From Candidatus Sericytochromatia bacterium (GTDB lineage Bacteria > Cyanobacteriota > Sericytochromatia > S15B-MN24 > JAQBPE01), in contig JBBAPZ010000005.1 in NCBI GenBank assembly GCA_040400605.1, positions 82,970 through 146,969 of the forward strand: 64,000 nt of DNA, in the 5' to 3' direction. Both the position numbers and the translations under genes were made by a program. Positions 59,921 to 64,000 of the stretch are shown here, piece by piece. Every line of letters begins with the position of its first letter. The stretch's first letter is position 1. The notes beneath the pieces were generated by a model. The model was given only the letters and a program-made list of their open reading frames with translations. It did no database searches and was not told where the DNA came from.

Positions 59921-62900
59921 TCAGTTGATACGAAGCTGTTGTTCAAGGTTGCGCAATGCGAGTTGCACCACCCTATCGTCCCATTTCCTTTCGCCCTTGG
60001 GCTTCCACGTGCCACCCAGGGGTTCTGGAATGGCCGCACTGGCGATCTTACCCAGACGCTCGTCACCTGACGCCTTAATATGGTCTTTCAGTTCAAGCAA
60101 CACGCTTTGCCTGAAAGTTGGTTGATAATCGTCGCCAGGTAGCCGCTCCAAGAAGCTGAACAACGCATCCGGCACGGGTACATCCTGATATTCCCGTGTC
60201 TTTAAGGCACGGAACAACGGTTCCAGCGTTCGAGCCTGAATCTGCCCGAGATGGTAGCGTTCTTCTCCTTTGACAGCGCTGAAACCACGAATGAGTGCTC
60301 CCTCGGCTGGGGATACACGATTCTTCAATACTCCCAGGATCAAATGCCCATAATTGTAGAGGTAATCTTGATTCGTCGATGTTGCCAGGCGGTTGACTGT
60401 TTCGTCGAGTGAACGCATCAAGAACGCTTGAGCATCCTCCGTTGGTTCAGCCGCGTCTTTTAAAAGTTTGAACAACAATTCTGGCTCATAGATAACGTCA
60501 CGGTGCTTGGAATTAATCCCTTTCAGTAAATCGCGCTGCAACGGTGACGCACCTTCCAGTTCAAACTGATTGCCTAAAGAATCTGCCGCATGATAAAGCG
60601 CCCGGGGAGAATCGTTAATCGCCAAAAAACCTGATAAATGCTCAACCAATGCTGATATCGGGTTTTGCGGCATTGGCTGCGGATCAGCGAGGCGCTTGAC
60701 GAGGGATAAGTATTCGCTACTTTCCATCTCTAGGTTCGCGAGCCATTTTTCATTTCCGCTCAGATGCGGTTCCATCAGACCCAATAACGCCTGCGAAGCT
60801 TCGTCGGTGCCGTCACTCGTCTTGGGTGCGGTCCTGACTTGCCCGGCCAGCCAGCGTAGTTCAGACAAAGGCGTCGCGCCTTCCTGCAAAGGTTGTTTCA
60901 ATCGCGATAAAACCACTTCAGGTGATGGCAGCACCCCGTCTGCAAGCACGGCTTCAATCTGCTTTTGCTGCGGGGATATTTTGTTATTCGCCGCATAAGA
61001 ATCCTGATGATGTGGTGGTAATTCTTCTGAGGGGAAGGCCGCAGAGAGGAACTGGGCCAAGGCCTTTCGTTCGGCTGGCAGCCTTGCTTCGAGTGCCTTG
61101 GCGATATGTGCGATGCCTTCACCTTGAGGCAGTGTTTTTGCCAGCCATAACAGCTCGCTGACGGCATCCGCGGATGGCGGAACCCCTGCTTTCAATCGTG
61201 ACAGAATCCGCTGCTGAGCGTCGGATGACAACATCCCGCCTGCTTCAAGCAAGCCCTTGTGCGCCTCCGGTGCCGTATCATGGAGTGCATTAAAGCCCGC
61301 AGCGATCGTCCCGGGCGGGGCATCATCCAAAACCCCTAGCAAGGACGCATACTTCCCGCTGGCTTCCCGTTGTTGGATATACATTTGCAGCCGGTTCAGG
61401 ATGTGATCCGCTTTGCGATCGTCTGGAACGGTGAGTGATGCGTGCCAGCCTTTCCAGATCACTTGCTCCGCATCATCGGAGATATCGAGTGTTTTCAAGA
61501 CGCGTTCAAGGTTTTTAGCCTCTTCCTCACCACGACTCCCTAGCAGAAGCTGTTTCATGACCTTTGCGCCGATCGAGGCATCCAACTCCTTGGGCAGGCT
61601 CGCATCGGATAAACCCATCAAACGGGCCATCCACGCCAGTTCCTGTTTTTCATTCGGCTGTTGCGCCAGCTTGACCGCGTGCGCAAACAGATCCTGCCTT
61701 TCGTCCTGCCAGTTCTGGCTGTCTGCCACGCGCAGCAACGCCATCACGTCATCCAGCTTTGGCGGCGCCCACAACACTTCAGGCAAGCCCATCGCCATTG
61801 TCAGCAATTCTTTGGCCTTATCTTTATCACCGTTTATCAGTAGGGTTGAAATCTCGGCGCGAAGCTCTTCCATACTCCGCCGCACTGCTGATTCAGTACC
61901 GCTCGCTGCGCCAACGGCAGAGCCAATTCGACGTTCAATCGCCGCCGCATCGCCATCAAGCGACTTCTGCAAGTGCTCAGCTTCCTTTCCTGAATCACGA
62001 CCGGACAATCTGATGTGGGGACCGATCCTGTAAACGGAGCGTATCTAATCCTCCGCTGCCCTCAACAACTCCTTTGCAGGCCTGTTCCGAAAATGAGTGC
62101 GGCCACCTGTTTCGATCAGATCAGTTATCGTGGCACCCCAGGTCAACGCCTGTGCGTAGTCGAAACTGATTTTGGCCAGAGCCGCCGCATCTTTATGGGC
62201 GGGATACCATGCCGCGATAGCATGTTCACTACTCCATTGCCATTTTTCTCCAACTTGAACCCACTGATCCGAATCTTTATTTCCAATCCATTTCAGCAGT
62301 GCCATTGGTTCCTCCAGTTTTGGGGCGATCACCAACCGATTTTCAGCGGGTTCTCTGGCTTGTAAATCTGCCATGACTGAGAGCATTTTTTGCCGTATCT
62401 GCTCCACTGGACGATACTCAGGGTGCGAAGTCAAAAACTGTTCCATGATCGCCGCGCGATCAGGCGCTCCCGAATACCGCCATAACTCCAACAGTCTCTG
62501 AACTGCCTCCGGGCGACTCAAGATGTTATCCTCAAGCACAAACGAGGGCGCTTTACCTTTCCATCGGCTGGGCTCAGCCTTCACACACTCCTCCAAAAAG
62601 GTCAGCGCCTCTTCATGCTGCGGGTTGCGCTCTTTTAAACGCCGAAGGCCTTCCAGAAAAGGAATCTGGCCACTTTGCATCTGAGCAAGCAAAGCCTTGC
62701 GCTCCGCGATGGGCTGGCGAAATCCCATTCGTGCGCCTTCCAGGCGCCCTTGCTCGCGCGCAACGCCATAATCCAGTGCAACTTTTGCCGGTTTTTGAGG
62801 TGGTGCCGCCTGAGAAGCCAGCGATACTGAATGTTGGCCCGCGGAAACGCCCCCACTTGTTTTTCGGGCTTCATTGCCTGGTTTCGGGAGTTCACCCTTG

Positions 62901-63514
62901 AGTCGATTCAAATGGCGCGCCAACGCATTGGGTTGCTCTTGCAGTTTGGGCCTCACAAGGGTCAGTGCTTCACGCGCCGTTGCCTCCTGGCCGATGACCA
63001 GCGCCAGTGATGCCACAGCATCTGCCTCCCGCAAGACTTGCATATGACGGGTTGCCCGCCGTTCGATTTCATCCGGTGCGGCGTTCGTACCACGCTCCCG
63101 CATCCACTGTGCATGGTTCCTGTCAGGGCTCGCCCGAAGCAATTCGACGGCCCAATCAAGACCACCTTTGGCTGCTGCGCCGTGGTCAATTGCCTGTGCG
63201 TGCCGCACCAGTTCCAAAACATCCGCCACCCGTGCCTCAGCCCCGAATTGGCCATTGGGGCTGATCTCACCGTAAGACAGCAACTTCAAAAGTTGCGCTT
63301 CCGCTTCGTCCCTGCGACCTTCAAACAACAGGCTCTTGACCTGCCGCGTCCCGCTTTGAATCAACGATGATTGATTAAGCGTCGCGCCATCCGACAGCAG
63401 ATGAGTCCGCGCCGCAGCAGCGCCGGACAGCTTTTCAGGCGTCGAATTGCCACTGCCGGTTACGCCGCGAAAGACTCGCAAGAACCCTCGACCGATCGGA
63501 TCTGAAATCGCCAT
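59921..63514 (-). pseudogene. ~1197-codon paralog of 50807-54409 interrupted by one in-frame TAG (62045-62047); two ORFs in the track
   Basis: Both ORFs are in the same frame and colinear with the N- and C-halves of the intact paralog; start ATG 63514 with SD GGAGGGG. Confidence 0.8.
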
Positions 63515-63537
63515 GCGCGTGCCCCTCCACCTGTACA

Positions 63538-63563
63538 ATACCCGTTCCATGCGGCGAAGAAAC
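63538..63563 (-). promoter_or_regulatory. SigB/SigF-type promoter
   Basis: Minus strand GTTTCT-N14-GGGTAT upstream of the SD and ATG 63514. Confidence 0.65.
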
Positions 63564-63579
63564 GAGTTGGCTAACAAGG

Positions 63580-63688
63580 GGAACCATCAGATTGACTGAT
63601 CGGACTCACATGTTGTGGCAGCATCGTGACGCAATGGGAACCACGTAATGGTGATACTGACAGCTGAATGTTGCAAACATTTAACAAC
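63580..63688 (-). repeat. Conserved ~108-bp intergenic element
   Basis: GGAACCATCAGATTGACTGATCGG-N36-ACCACGTAATGGTG...GAATGTTGCAAACATTTAAC. Confidence 0.9.
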
Positions 63689-63864
63689 CAGTCAGTGAAC
63701 CTGATGAATGGGCCAAACGGTGAAGCGCCGGGTTGACCAAGGGTTCGAAAGATCACACGAATTCCGACGACGCATCAATATGTCGTCTTTATAAAATGCT
63801 CGCCTGGGACTGAACGGCTTTGATCAACCAGTGATGCATCATGGCACAGACAACGGTGTCCGAT

Positions 63865-64000
63865 TTAACTGAAAGGCGTGTTGCTGACCCGAGGGAGCGC
63901 GGCAAGCCAAGAATGCGCAGCCGCGCGAATGGTCGCGTCATCCCTTTTTTCCAGCCACTCTGGATGGGCGAGCTGCGACCCGACCCCAAGGGCGATCGCC
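63865..64000 (-). CDS. 3' end of a probable KDPG/KHG aldolase (partial)
   Basis: Hand translation AIALGVGSQLAHPEWLEKRDDATIRAAAHSWL..*, resembling Eda C-termini; differs from the track frame. Confidence 0.5.
   Translation of the reverse strand, partial: AIALGVGSQLAHPEWLEKRDDATIRAAAHSWLAALPRVSNTPFS

Noticed and set aside
62045..62047. Genome-wide TAG reassignment or pyrrolysine
   Set aside because: TAG ends ETF-QO and speD at their expected C-termini; no pyl genes seen; only one interrupted gene.
16648..63688. Conserved element as CRISPR repeats or integron attC sites
   Set aside because: Copies are kilobases apart with no spacer array, cas or intI gene. They lie 5' of genes and lack the long attC dyad, although an ATTTAAC is present.
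63789..63989. Track ORF MGSGRSSPIQ...
   Set aside because: A different minus frame gives an aldolase-like C-terminus ending at 63865, which is more plausible.

Overview
Chromosomal window from a moderately GC-rich diderm bacterium. A non-photosynthetic Cyanobacteriota lineage such as Ca. Sericytochromatia is my tentative inference, from xxSNNG(A/G)G-repeat lipoproteins, a SigF-like sigma factor and abundant GCGATCGC. Housekeeping and stress genes: gloA-like, class II CPD photolyase, orphan Dam, ETF-QO, GH1 lipoprotein, infC-rpmI-rplT, TrmH, ribF, ccoS, fabF, gpx, FeS-type photolyase, crotonase, lspA, a SigB/SigF-type sigma, a DUF4178-DUF350-speE-oxidoreductase-speD operon, sbcD/sbcC and an AttEFGH-like ABC cluster. 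These are interspersed with five very large uncharacterised minus-strand genes: two NHL-repeat lipoproteins, a 1245-aa toxin-like HEXXH protein and two ~1200-aa paralogs, one split by a single in-frame TAG. Main finding: all five giant genes are preceded, in the same orientation, by a shared ~108-bp intergenic element (core GGAACCRTCAGATTGACYRATCGG; one copy is core-only) followed by a SigB/SigF-type promoter (GTTTnn-N14/15-GGGTAW in four copies, degenerate in the fifth). This suggests a dedicated, apparently undescribed regulon whose candidate sigma factor is also in the window. A 213-bp direct duplication brackets a yhcG gene and what look like remnants of a type I restriction-modification locus. 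No rRNA, tRNA, CRISPR array or transposase was recognised. All alignments and counts were done by eye.
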